NCBI GenBank assembly: GCA_028534125.1
Contig: CM052816.1
Span: 90,212,001 to 90,276,000, forward strand
Direction: 5' to 3'
DNA length: 64,000 nucleotides
DNA from: Lama glama
Taxonomy: Eukaryota
Under the pieces are notes generated by a model. The model did no database searches, was not told the DNA's origin, and saw only the letters and a list, made by a program, of their open reading frames with translations. The position numbers and the translations under genes were made by a program. Shown here one piece after another: positions 1 to 12,771 of the stretch. Position 1 is the stretch's first letter; each line of letters opens with the position of its first letter.

Positions 1-989
1 GATGGTTTCTGGAAGATGGACTAGATTTTCGCTATGCTGCTCACCATCAATAATTCATTCTGAAGATAAATAAATGTACATGAAGAACAGATACCCTCTG
101 CTCTGCTACTACAATGGGTCAAAATAAGTAATTTCATGTCTTTTTATGTTGTCTTTTATAATGAACTCGATTCACCTTGTTTTCAGGTTCAAGTGAGAAA
201 CAGCTCTAGTTTATGCAAAAGTGATATTAAATTTTGTCAACCTACTGCTCCCACTGAGTTCTACGAACTCCTTGATTGAGAAAGCTGTAGGAATAAAGAA
301 AAAGTTTGAAAATACATGTTTTAAATAGGCCAGGGAGGATATTTTCTTCATTTTATTCATACCCCATGCTGGAGTTTACTCAGAACCCTCTGTAGTCCCC
401 CTGTTATTTTATGATTTTCAGGGGAAAAAAAAATGAAAAAACAGCAGGGGATCATCTTCAGACTTTATTTCTGTTTATTTGAACTTTTGAAAAAGGTTTT
501 CTTCAATGAATTGCTTCAGGGCCCAAATACTTAGCTAAGTAGCAAACTATGAAAAGTAGATATTTTTAAATAATGATTTTTAATAACAGTAATAAGGAAG
601 AGCTCACTCTTATTTAAATGGCTAACAAAGCTCATCATTGATATTCTATCCTCTATCCAATACATTTTTCCTTCTGTATCTAATTTTCCCATGTCCCACC
701 TTTAGGTTTTTTTTTCCATGCCATGTCACTCTCTAATTTTCAACAATGACAACAAAAAGAACTTATTTAAAACAAAGAAGATTTAGTAATGTAGCAAGAG
801 ATTTTAGGTAAGGCATAAAACTTGAATACTTACAAAATGAATTGTGTAACCCAGAAGGATTCTGGGACAATTTGGAAAAAGTATAAAGTTTGAGATCCAG
901 GAAACCTGAGAAGCACAGTACACTATGTTCTATTATTGGAGACCATCAATGGTCATTGGCTAATGAGGAGAGGTGGTATATATTTTCTA

Positions 990-1220
990 ACAGTTCAGAG
1001 TCCAGACTTCTGCTCTGTTCTGCTTTGGTCCATATAACTTCTTCAGCAGTTACTGTCTGTATAAATCCGACAAATTATTTAACCTAAGTCTAAATATCTT
1101 TAGTCCCCTAATGGGGTTAATAATATACCTCACAAGACTGTTGTGATGATCGTATGTGGATTTTATCATGGTGACCTGACCCAGAGCAAGCACTCAATAA
1201 TATTAGCTATTATTTATTAT
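990..1220 (+). mobile_element. MIR SINE, degenerate
   Basis: MIR core-like 'caaattatttaacct...aatggggttaataatatacctcacaagactgttgtgatgat' and MIR 3' end 'gcactcaataatattagctattatt'. Confidence 0.7.
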
Positions 1221-2109
1221 GCTTAAAGCACTGAGAAGCCTCACAGTTTAAAAAAAAATCAAGTCTTTGTTTAACCTAACATTTTCCAAATTTACAAATA
1301 ACAATGCCCCCCCACCTTCTCATCTAATAACAGCTGTAGAATATATAGATTAATCTGATCCCTGGACATTTTGGAAAGTCATTTAATATAATCTGTCAAA
1401 ATATGTTTCTCCAGAAGAGAATAATTTCAATCCCTTGACTCTAAACAGTTCCAGAGGATTTGTATATATTTCTCCTCTAAATACCATGTTTCAGAAGTAT
1501 GTTGTTATCAGAAGAAAAAAATCCTATTTATATCTTCTAATCTATATTTGGCATTCAAGCATCCACACTATCTAGACAGCAGCATATGCAAACTTGATTG
1601 AATCCCACATATTTTTTCTCTTTCCTTTTATAAACCAAATGTCACATAGTTGAATTATGAGTGTTTACTAATGCAGCCTGCATCTTCAGAAATATATATT
1701 TTCTTATCTAAGAAGAAAAAAATCTAGTCCTTAGTTAATCCTAGAATAGCTCCTAAAAAGTTAACTTATAACATATAAAAGTTATTTTTCATTGCCACAA
1801 AACTTATACATGCAAATTCTTGGCAATAGTAGAATTAGAGATTTCTTTAAGCTACAGAAAGCATGTAGATGAGGATACTTTATCTGTTCGAATATATACG
1901 AATTTACCTTATTTTGCTTAACATACTTACATAGCATAAATATTATGTCTCAGAAATCTTGAAGAAGGAAGAAAGTAACTTTGTAGCTGTCTAGGCTGAA
2001 ACTGGCAGAATGATAGAATATTATTTGCAATGTTTTATTCCCTTCAAATAAATTCAGCACTAGAATTTTTATATAATTCTTAGTATTTATTATGCAAAGC
2101 TGTATTATG

Positions 2110-2240
2110 CAGATAAACATATGTATATATACTATATATAAACATGCATACAAATGTGTGAATATACAGTATTATATATGTGTACATATGCATATACATG
2201 TAAGTGCATGTATATATGAGGTACATATGTATATAATTAA
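2110..2240. repeat. Degenerate (TA)n/(TG)n/(CA)n low-complexity tract
   Basis: Alternating purine-pyrimidine runs, e.g. 'catatgtatatatactatatataaacatgcatac'. Confidence 0.7.
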
Positions 2241-2329
2241 ATTTTCTTTACATAAGTTTATGTCCCACATTAAAACACTGTCATGACCATTTTCTCACAG
2301 TTTTGAAATTTATAAAACTAACATTTTTA

Positions 2330-2900
2330 AAGATACAGCAAATTTTCTCATATAATTTACATACCCTATTTCTAGGGATCCAGTTATATTGAGTGTGTAA
2401 CTGACATATATATAACACTATGATGAACATCTTAGCATAAAAATGTTTGTTGTAGTTTGTATTCTCAATGCATTTCCTAAAACAGTAATTATCATCTAAA
2501 ATTACTTGTCCAAATGATGTTAAATTTCATAATGCATGTGTTGAGAAATTACTTTCAAGCAATGATAAAATTATACCTTGATTATCACCGAGAAAGCAAC
2601 TTTTGTTGTCTTTACAGATAATTAGTAAAATACTACCTATCATTAATGACTTGAGAGTTTAAAGGGAAAAAATAGTCATTATCCTTTTGATTTCATTTTC
2701 TGCTGCCATTACAGTTGAATACTCTTGCAAGTTTATTGTTTGGTAGTGTTTCTTTTGCAAATTTTAGTTTTATGTTCTTTGTCCTCTTTAGAAGGTGGAA
2801 GACGTTTTAGCTTTTCTTTTTTATTTCTATGAGCTCTTGGAAACATAAAAATTTGGATCATGGAAATTACACATATTTATCCAGTTATAACATCGCCTTG
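2330..2900 (-). mobile_element. Very old L1 (L1M-class) fragment
   Basis: T-rich stretch resembling the antisense L1 ORF2 end ('ttttgatttcattttctgctg...gtttcttttgcaaattttagttttatgttctttgtcc'); heavily decayed. Confidence 0.4.
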
Positions 2901-3574
2901 TTTTTAAACAGGGCATGATGATATGGCAATTCTATTGCTCCTTTGTTTTACATTTGGTGGAGCTATACTGTCTTTTACTTCTGTCTTCTTTTATTTCAGT
3001 CTAGCCATCTGCCTCATGTAACATCCCTAAAATGTTTCTACTTAACAGTGTAAATGAATCCAGATGATCAATAGCTCAAAGTTGCCCCATAATGAAGGAC
3101 ACTGTAAATCCCAGTTTACACAAGCCTAAATTTTGCACCTAGATACTCCAAACATCTGAGTGGTTACCTGCTTTCATTCTGGTTTTAGCAATGGATTTCT
3201 AAATGAGAGTCCAAAAGCCCTTGTGTGGGCACAAAATGTAAAGACAGAGGACTTAATCCCAGATTTTTTTTTAATTCTTAGATTTGGCATCTGTTTTTTA
3301 ATATATTATGTACAGGTCTCTATCCCCGGTCTCCTTTATCTGAGTTACTTGTGAGTCATGTTGACTGAAGGGCAGGCCTTAGGATGACCAGCAAAAACAT
3401 TATCTTGAGCAACCAGTTTCCCATTATTGTACTTGAAAACTGAGAGCAAACAAAACCAGTTACCCTAACAGAAATGGCCTCCCCTTTTTGTGACTTTTTT
3501 TTTTAATATTTACATAGAATGAGGCTTATTTATTTAGCCCTTCACTGGTTTTTAAATCCTTCATTGTGTTTCAC

Positions 3575-4068
3575 TCCATTTGAGTCAGTGCCCCTTTGGA
3601 TGTACCCCGTCCTACTGCACCCGACATTCTGCCCCAAGAGGTTGTACTTTGGAATTGCATCCCTTGGACCACAACACTCCCAGGATCTAGTTGAGTTTGG
3701 CCAATGGGAGGCACCAGCAGCAAATCAGAGGGCAGCTGGAGAGAGAAATTTGGGGTACTTTCCTCCCATAATGCACCATGGTTTGCCAGAGACAGTTCCC
3801 TTCACTGCAGGCTACGGATGCTCGTCTACAGCTACCAGAGTGAGCCAGGTGAGGCTCAGTTCTTTCCCTGGCTTCTTCAGGCCTTCAGAGGGGGTAGTTA
3901 GTCTGCTGCTGCAGGCCCTGGAGTGCTGCACTTTGATGTTTCCCTTTAATCATTCAAACAACCTTCAGTGGTTCCCATTAATCCTGTCCAAACTATTGCA
4001 AATATATTTTCATTAAGTAACACTTTGGAGGTGCCCCCTGTTTACTCTCTAGCTTCTGATATAATACA
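3575..4068. mobile_element. ERVL-class solo LTR (LTR33-like)
   Basis: Diagnostic 'ctagttgagtttggccaatgggaggcaccagcagcaaatcagaggg' and terminal 'gaggtgccccctgttt...ctgatataataca'; a GC-richer island in AT-rich flanks. It accounts for ORFs 3519..4016 and 3704..3901. Confidence 0.65.
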
Positions 4069-4756
4069 ATTATTCTGATACAATATAATATCTAATTTAT
4101 TTTTAGGTGCATGAGTTTATTGTGAAATATTAAAAATGTACCTATTGAATGTCCCTAAAAAGGAGAAGATTTAACAAGATTTTGTATTCTTCTAATCCTC
4201 CCCCAGTCATTTTTCATTATCAATGCCATCTACATTGTATGTTATTATATTATAACATATAATATTACATATGGTTATTATATATCACACATTCTTATTA
4301 CTTTTAAAATTATTTTGCTAAGTAATTTGAGAATCATGTATAATGTTTCCATTCAATTACCATTTTGAAATGACAGTTCTTATTACTTAGGTTAAACAAG
4401 ATAAATGTTGTGACTTCCTTGAAGCACTATTTCCTCATTCTTGGGTTTCTGTTTCATTTGCACACTTGGTAGATCTCAATCATATTTTTGAGAGGTAGGA
4501 AATATGAATGATATGCGGTATCAACTTTACAAATCAGAAAGCAAACCTTTTTTTGTTTCCATATGCAGTCTTCATAGTTTTCTGTACAATTCCTGCATCA
4601 AGGATTTTTCTTCTCAAATTGTTCTAGACATTTTGCCATAGTTTGATACGTTAGTGTTATGACAGAAAACATGAGGTCATTTTTATTTGTTTACTTAGGA
4701 ATAGTGTTCTACCTGAATTATGAAATGCAAAGATTTCACCAAAATATTTTTTAATT

Positions 4757-4920
4757 CTTATTTTTATTGAAGTATAATCTATTTACAATGTTAATTTCAT
4801 GTGTACAGCAAAGCAACTCAATTATACATGTGTATACATTTTTTTTTCAGATTTTTCCCATTACAGCTCGTTACAAGAAATTTAATATAGTCCCTGGTGC
4901 TATACAGTAGGTCCTTGTTG
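4757..4920 (-). mobile_element. Short 5'-truncated L1 3'-UTR tail (artiodactyl type)
   Basis: 'ttttattgaagtataatctatttacaatgtt...atagtccctggtgctatacagtaggtccttgttg' is antisense-similar to the L1 tail at 62690-62860 and similar to 43800-44050. Confidence 0.85.
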
Positions 4921-5667
4921 CAGAATAGCTTTAACATAGGTTAAGTTTTGCTTATTTAGACCAGTACCATTTGGTGGGCATTTTGATACTGACCATTTTA
5001 ATCTACAAGGCAAGATTGCTCTTGAGACAAGATTGTATCTAAATCATCTTTCTATCTAATGAATATAACAGTGTGACTTATAAAAGTCTCTTAAAAGTGA
5101 TTTATACAATTTTAAAATGGAATTAGGAGTTTCTGATGCCCTTATACTAAGATTAAAAAATTGAGACAGAAAATGTTAATGTCTTATTCAAGATCTCAGA
5201 ACAAAGTCAGTCACAGAGCTGGAATTCCATGTCAAGTTTTCTAATTCCTAGGAGAAATCAATTTCCATTATAGCATGCTGGATTATTAACTGGGAGAATG
5301 ATAAAGAAATTGCTAAACAAAATCCAAAAAATTTGAATTAAGTTATAAATTATAAAACATTTTCTCATATCTGGTTATTTGACTAAAACAAATAGCCTTA
5401 TAAAACAAATTGTAACATTAAAATAACTTCAAATATTAGAGCTATGAGAGATCCCAATTCATATTAATGCAAATTTATTTATAGCTTAAAAGCTTACCTA
5501 TAGTGAAAAATATTTCCACAATTAAAGATGGGAAAAAGTCCAAGCTGAAAATCCAGTAGGCAGAATTATCTAGGAAAAAAATACCACTGCTGCTCTTACA
5601 TTTATCCATTCAGTTTTTTAAAATGGCATATCATATATTCCATTATAGAGGGAAATAGAAAAAAAGT

Positions 5668-5756
5668 CTATATATATCAATGTATATGTGTGTATGTATA
5701 TATGTATGTACATATATACATACACATATATACATATATACATACACACACATATA
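5668..5756. repeat. Compound (TA)/(TATG)/(TACA) microsatellite
   Basis: Directly visible. Confidence 0.85.
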
Positions 5757-6374
5757 GCCTTCCTGAGATAGTAATCATTTTTTAAAAAGGTTTTCTTAGT
5801 GCTTATTCATTCAAAAACACAATTCTGTATCATGATTTTAATATCAAGTTATATTTCATAATTTTAAATCTCCTTCAAACTTAATGCCAATGATATTTAA
5901 TGTTTGGTTTAATGTTCATTTTTAATGCCACATTTTATAGTAAAAATATAAATGCTATAAATCAACAAATGTACTTGTGAGGTCACAATTATATTTGACG
6001 TATTTATGAGGAAAGCTACAGAGACATCGTGGCAGGAATCTAAATACCATATTTTAAAGTTCAATAATGTTAAAAGGTTCCTGTAACCCCCTAAAGGATA
6101 TAAACATTTAAAGATGGTCAAGTTAGGTGGAAATGTTAATCCCATGGGGTTATAGACTGAAAGGTTTGAATATGGGTACCATAGCTTTCTTATTAGATAC
6201 GCTCATAAAGTGGATATTTTATACCAGCGTGCAATTTTATATGTCAACTACTCATGTATATATTTCAATCACAAAACAATTTTGAAGACTATATATTTTA
6301 ATATGATTTTGAATAGAGAATAAGGATTATAACTAGACATAGTAAAATCAACCTGCTATTCCTCAAAAGGGAAG

Positions 6375-6686
6375 ACAGGAGGCTGACAATTGCTGCCCCC
6401 AAATTCATTCTCCTTAAGAAATCGCTCGCTTCCCATTTCACAGTTTGTTCTCCTGCAATCCAGAACTTGGAAGAGACAAGACCCTAAGGGATGAAAGAGC
6501 AGCAGGAGAGAAGGAGCCCAGATTTCTGAATAATCACATAGAATGCAACTGCCTCCCCACCCTGGCCCACTTACCTTGCTTGGAACTATTTCATAAGAGA
6601 AAAGTAATCACTTGCCTTATTTGAGATGCTATATACATTGTGGTCTTCTTATGACTGTAGCTTGGTCTTTACACTAAATGATACAA
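6375..6686 (+). mobile_element. Old MaLR/ERVL LTR remnant (MLT1-like 3' end)
   Basis: Ends 'tggtcttcttatgactgtagcttggtctttacactaaatgataca', resembling old MLT1-type termini; internal 'ggagcccagatttctgaataatcaca'. Confidence 0.5.
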
Positions 6687-6850
6687 ACAATACATAAAAT
6701 TGAAAATGCCAGGAGTTTGGCAAACAGAGTTTGGAATAACTGACATTAGAAAAGATTTAAAATATATCTATTTCCTTGTGAGCAGGAATAGATCATAAGT
6801 ATCTGGACCATGTTTATTAAAACCAGTTGCATGTTTCAATTTGATTAGCA

Positions 6851-7056
6851 GACATTAGGTCTTGTCCAAAATGTTTTTAAGACATTTGGTCCACACCAAA
6901 AGATCCCTGATATTTGGTCTTGTTCAAAACCATTTGGCATGGACCAGATATGCTCATGAACATCTTAGACAGGACCAAATTTCAGGAACCTCTTGGCCTG
7001 GGCCAAAGTCTTATGGACCAAAGATCTAATGGATGTTTTGGAAAGAGGCAAAAATC
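6851..7056. repeat. Degenerate palindrome of ~28-30-bp subunits (TTTGGTC...CCAAA), possibly an ancient non-autonomous DNA element
   Basis: Forward units start at 6851, 6881 and 6909; reverse-complement units start at 6931, 6961 and 6989, with weaker ones at 7011 and 7032. Confidence 0.75.
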
Positions 7057-9084
7057 TTGCAAGGTTTAAGCTGAGTCTAATCAATGTTGAGACTTCGCAT
7101 GTAAGAATAATCAAGTTCAAGATAATTAAACTTGGCAGAAGTATTACTGAGAAAACTTAGCAAAAGCAAAAATTTTATTCTCATGGAGACAACCATGACG
7201 GATTTCATTGCTGCAAAATTCAAAGCGGATGCATCTGTGAGCACCATTAAAACCTGCATAATAGCAAGGTAAGTGACTAAGTGAAATTCATTATTTCTTC
7301 TCTGAGCTACGGTCACAAGAAATAGGGGGAGAAAAGGTCAAACTTTCATAATGAGTATAGTTAGAGCAAATCTTTCAGATAAAATTTTGAATAATTTGCA
7401 AATCCCTGAACTAGTTTTATTTTAATGTGGCTTGCAAAAATATGTACCATAAAAGTGTAATAATGTGTTCATTAGTCTTTTTTTTATTAGTTTGAACATA
7501 TATTTGGAGAAACTAGACATACTCCCAGCGCCTATAAATCGAGATGTTCTCTACTTTAAGCCATTCATTTGCAGAAATTTTTTATAATGAAATTAGAAAG
7601 GTATGAAAACAATTCAACATGTGCTCCCACAAGTCTCACTGATTCTAACTAATCTATCTAGTTAAACAATTAGTTTCAGTTTATAAAATATAGAGTGCTT
7701 AATCAATTTTTTGCCAATGTGCCATTTTAGACGTGCAAAGATGCATTAATAGTGCCATAAAACATGCATAACTAACATCTCCATGGAACACTCTATGATC
7801 TTACAATTTGCATATAAACAGAATGTGTGAGGAGAATGGATACAATAAATGTTAAATCTTGAGGACTGAGGTTACCTAAAGGACAGCAAATAAAAAATGG
7901 TTTGTTTCAGATCTAAGTTTCAACGTCTCCAATTTAGGTTATTAATTATATTGTAAACCATTAAAAAAATAAAATGAAGAAGATAAGGAATGCATGCTTA
8001 TAAAATCAAAAGCTAAGTAAGGTATGACAGCATGTGTTTTCTGTTCATTAGTGTGAATATTATATAGGACAATGGATATATGTAGTGTACATAAAGTTGG
8101 ACATAAATTGATTAAATAGTGATACCCTTGAGCTGGGGTAGTCCAGAGGATCTTTGCAAGTTGTCATCCCAATATTTCTGCTCCTTAAAAGCTCTGGGTT
8201 CACCTCTGACAGGAGTTACTGTCTTGTCCTCACTACCAAAGAATCATCATAACAAAACAGTCCCACTGGACAGCTTGGCAGGCACCTAAAAAGTGTGTAG
8301 GGGAGAGGCAGAAAGCTGCCAATCCAAAAAAACCAAGAGAGATAGAAGCTATTTCCAGGTTTTAGGTCTTCAGAAGTAGGCTATTGAGACACTTTGGAGA
8401 ATTTCCTTGGGAGTTTATTTTTGAAGGTTCAGTATTTATAGTAGACATTGAACGAGTGCAAAAAAGATCTGAAGACGGCTGTGAGAGCCTTAATAAGACG
8501 CCTGTATGCTCTGCTCAGTCATGTTAGATGTTGAGAGAAAACTTTTATCTTAGACTGGGAGACAGAGCTGGTTGCTTTTGTGGTTTGTGCACATCTGTGG
8601 TTTGATAAACAAAAGAAATACGGTTCAAATGAAAGGGAGACCAAAAAGCAAACCCCGGTTTCTAAGCAATGGCATAAAAATCATGGAGCTTTGGAGGGCT
8701 GAGAAGAGAAAGCATTTGAAGGTGTCCCCTGAGGTGTTGAAACAGAAAAGCAGGCAGAGCTTCAACAGGCTTCTAGGGAGCCACTGCTGGAAGGGAGATT
8801 TAATGGTACCTAGCCAGTTCAGACACAATGGCACACAGCAGCCCTTGCTTCATGGACTAACAATGGAGCAGGATATGAAAGGACTAGCAGAAACTGAACT
8901 ACCGAAAAAATAAGAATTAAGGAAAGAAGAAGAGGAATCAAATCACACCAAAAATGATTTGTTGTCTGAAATGTCTTTGCTAGTGAACCCTTAAAAATGA
9001 CATGTAGAGAAAATAGAACATCTACTCACTGAATAAAAGAACCCAGACTAGAAGATGTAAACCAGCAAAGCAGTATCTCCTATG

Positions 9085-9260
9085 CAGTGGTTCTTAAAGT
9101 GTAGACCAGCAGAATTAGCATCACTGGGAACTTACTAGAAATGCAAATCTCAGCCCAACTCCACACCTGCTAAATCAGAAACTGGGGATGGGCCCCAGGC
9201 ATCTGTAATTTAATAAGCCTTGCTGGTGATTCGGATGCAACAGACATGTAAGGACCACTG
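9085..9260. mobile_element. MER5A hAT-Charlie MITE
   Basis: TIRs 'cagtggttctta...taaggaccactg'; internal 'gaacttactagaaatgcaaatctcagccc...aatcagaaactggggatgggcccc'. Confidence 0.9.
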
Positions 9261-9509
9261 TTCTGTAGAATACTGCCTTACTCTGTCAGGGGTTGTAGCA
9301 AATTACAATGCACAAGTTATTTCCATTCTGTGCTGTGTTTAAAAGCTTTTTGTTCTTATTAAAATGCAATGCTCATCTAATAAAATCAGATTATTCAGAT
9401 TAAAATGAAATGGATATAATATGATAATTTCTCCAGTAATTTCTTAGAAATGCTGAAAATCTTTAATGAGCCTCAAAACTCCAAATATGAGATTATGTAT
9501 ACTTTGGCT

Positions 9510-10260
9510 GCATGGGGATGACTTGGAGAGGGAATGGCCAGTTTGGAATTTACTGAACAAACACCATGGACTTGAACTTACGAAAGCTGATCCTGCACTG
9601 TCCCTGCTGAAAAACCAACCTGCCAGTCACAGAGACCAAAGCTGAGTCCCCGTTGTTATAGCGCCATACTTCAAGGAGACCAACCAGCCACTTGGCAACC
9701 AGTTGGCAGCTGATATGCCAGCAGAAGGCAATACTTTATAAGGATAGGGCACCATTCTTCAGGAAGGACTGTGTGCACTCAGTCAGAAATCTCTGTATGG
9801 CATTGTCTCCCCAAGAGGAAGAACTCACAAGTCCACAAACCAATGGGTATATGTAAGAGTGGCCACACTCACCGTCTGTGCACACTTACCATTGCTGAAG
9901 GAATGTGTGCTTCCCAGTCACACAGTGCTTGGATCCTGTTACTGTATGGGACAGAGATACACAACAAAAGTCCCATTTATTAAAAACTATAGCTGCCACC
10001 TGGGCATCTTAAGCTCCTTATGTTCAGGGACCAGCAGGCAAGAAAGGAGTTGTTATCTTGCCAGGGCCAACTAATCTTCATCACTGGGAGGAGACTATAT
10101 TCGATGGAGGCAGGGAGGAAAACATTTAGAACCAGGTGACTTGGTTTAAACAGCCTTGTCTATCTGTGACTGTAAATGAACAGGTACAGTAACCACAGCC
10201 TCAGGAGGACATGTGATCAGGATTCAAATTCCTTAGGGATAAGGTTGTAGTTGACACCAT
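9510..10260 (+). mobile_element. ERVL / MaLR internal sequence with a decayed integrase-region relic
   Basis: Manual translation from 9562 gives HHGLELTKAD/(frameshift)TVPAEKPTCQSQRPKLSPRCYSAILQGDQPATWQPV, and near 9993 LPPGHLKLLMFRDQQARK. These resemble ERVL pol motifs as I recall them (HGLPLTKADL..AECP.CQQQRP.LSPRYG.I..GDQPATWWQV; LPPGHFGLL...QQAKKG). Confidence 0.85.
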
Positions 10261-11418
10261 GAGACATTAAAAAATCTTTAAAAGAATACAGAATACATTA
10301 AAGAAATGTGAAAAAATACGAGACATACAATGTAAGAGGCTTAAGAAAATAACGGAAAAGGCACAAAAAATAAAATTGAAAAGAAATCTAGGTCAGTATT
10401 TCATACATAATGAAAGCTTATAACAAATTGATAAGTTCCTAAAAAAATCAAAATTGATTCAAGAAGAAACAGAAAATGTCAATGCATTTAAAACCATTAA
10501 GGAAATAGAAATATTAAACAATTCAATAGTATAATATTCAGTTCAAAAGATATGTTCTATGAAATGTTCACAAAAATGTTAGTATTTAATTTATGTGCAA
10601 ACTATTCCTGGATACAGAAAAAGAATGTCTTTATTTCTTTAATTAATTTAATGAAGCATTCAAACCAAAGATGCTACAAGAAAATTTCAGCCAATTTCAC
10701 TTATGAGCAAAGACGTTATCCATTAATAAAATATGAGCAAATTAAATTCAGCAATGCATTTTTAATTGGGTTTTTAAATGTTTGTTTAATCACAGGAGTG
10801 AAAGAATATTTTTGCATTAGTAAAACATTAATGTAATTTATAATCTTGATCAATTAAAAGAGAAATACAAAAATAAAAATGAATCAGATACAATAATCAT
10901 AAAGAATATGATAAAATCAAATACACAGACATAATTTCAAACTCTGAGTAAAATAAGAATATGAGGAAAATTTTAAATTTGGCAAAGGGCGTATATCAAA
11001 CACACATGTCAAAATTTTTTATGAAACTTAAGAATAAAGAAAACAAGAATGACAATCATCATCCTTCCTCTTCGTAATCTTACGAGTCTGAGGTAGTACA
11101 GTAAGACAAGACAAATAGATAAAAGCATAAAGGCTTGAAAGAAACAAAATTATAAATATCCACAATTACTATTTTTGTCTACACAGAATATTGAAGAGAA
11201 TCTATTAAAAGTAAAAGAATTTAGAAAGTGTGCCTGAGAGAGATCAATGTACAAAGTCAATAACATTCCCATACACAGCCAACAATATTTTGATAATGTA
11301 ATTAAAAATATAATATCAATAAGATGAACAATAAAAGCCATAAGCTTCATGAATTTAGTCTAACAAATAATAACAACAACAACAAAAAACACCTTTAGGG
11401 AAAAAGTATAATAGTTAT

Positions 11419-11758
11419 TGTCTTAGCTTCTTTGGGCTGCTGTGACAAAATGCCATAGACAAGGTGGCTTATAAACAATAGAAATCAATTTCTCACAGTT
11501 CTGGAGGCTGGAAGTCTGAGATCAGGGTGCCAGCCTGGTTGAGTGAGGGCCCTCTTCCACATCGCACACTTGTCTTTGTGTTCTCACATGGCAGAAGGGA
11601 CTAGGGAGCACTGTGGGATCTCTGTTAGAAGAGAGCTAATCCCATGCATGAGACCACCTTAACATCTAATCACCCCCAAAGGCTTCCTAATAGTTTCACC
11701 TTGGGTAGGTTAGGATCTTAACCTATTTGGAGAAGACACAAACATTGAGATCACAGCA
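11419..11758 (-). mobile_element. MLT1A-like MaLR solo LTR
   Basis: TG...CA termini; 'gggctgctgtgacaaaatgccatagacaaggtggcttataaacaatagaaat...tctcacagttctggaggctggaagtctgagatcagggtgccagc'. Antisense counterpart of 23704-24065. Confidence 0.9.
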
Positions 11759-12579
11759 ACTGCCAAAAAAATATAAAAGAAAACCTTCAAGGAAAACAAT
11801 GTTTTTTAATGAAAGGAAGTTAGGATTACAAAGAGGATCGTTCTTGGTAATATAAACTACAAATGCAGGGCCAGTATTTAAAATTCCTGGAGTTCTTCAC
11901 AAAGCTTAGCCAACTGACCCTAAAATTTACAAGAATGAGCAAAGATGGAAAGAATAACCAAGGAAAACTGAAGATTAGAAAGGAAAGACTTTCTATAGTT
12001 AATAATTACATATTATTATGATGTTAGCCATAAAGCAGTGAGTCAAGATTCAGAAATACATGGAAACTTTGTATATGGTAATTTGACATCATACCAGAAG
12101 AAACATTGGTACTATTAAATAGTATTGTGACAACTTTTTAAATATAAAATTATTACCTATATCTAATGCTCCATTCATTAAAATCAATTTCATATCATTT
12201 AAAACACAATAAAGAATAAGAAGAAGGGAAAAGAGGAAGCAGAAAAATTTTAGAAGATAATACAGATGAATGTCCTTATGACATTAGGTAAAAGTTATTG
12301 CTAAATTTGACCACACTAAAATTTGGAAGTTTTGACTATTTTAAGACATCATAAACTCATTTAAAAATTAAGCTATAAGTTAAAAATACTCCAATGCACA
12401 TAGCTTATAAATATTTTAGTCACTATATATAATAAGTCACAACAAATAATAAGAACATATAAATGACCCAATAAGAATGGGGGAAAAGAACATGAATAGG
12501 CAACTCAAACCATACGAAACCAATATGAGCAATTAACATAGAAAACATGCTAATTCTCAACAGGATCAGGTAGGTACAT

Positions 12580-12771
12580 CCAGAGAATCTAGAAAGAAAA
12601 CAGACCTGCAATCACCTCGGTTCTTCCCTTGTGAGATTCTAAACACAGGACCAGCTGAGCCACTCTGTTCCCAGACTTCTGATCTACAGAACTGTGAGAT
12701 GATACAAGGTTGTTATTTTAAGCCACTAGATTTGTGGTAATTTGTTATGGCAGCAATAGAAAACCAGTACA
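12580..12771 (+). mobile_element. MLT1 (D/E-like) LTR 3' fragment
   Basis: 'gacttctgatctacagaactgtgagatgata...taagccactagatttgtggtaatttgttatggcagcaatagaaaaccagtaca'. Confidence 0.85.

Noticed and set aside
3519..4016. Longest ORF (165 aa) as a protein-coding gene
   Set aside because: It lies almost entirely within an ERVL-class LTR and shows no recognisable domain.
6851..7056. CRISPR-like repeat-spacer array
   Set aside because: The units are degenerate and nearly contiguous without unique spacers, they switch orientation midway, there are no cas genes, and the context is mammalian.
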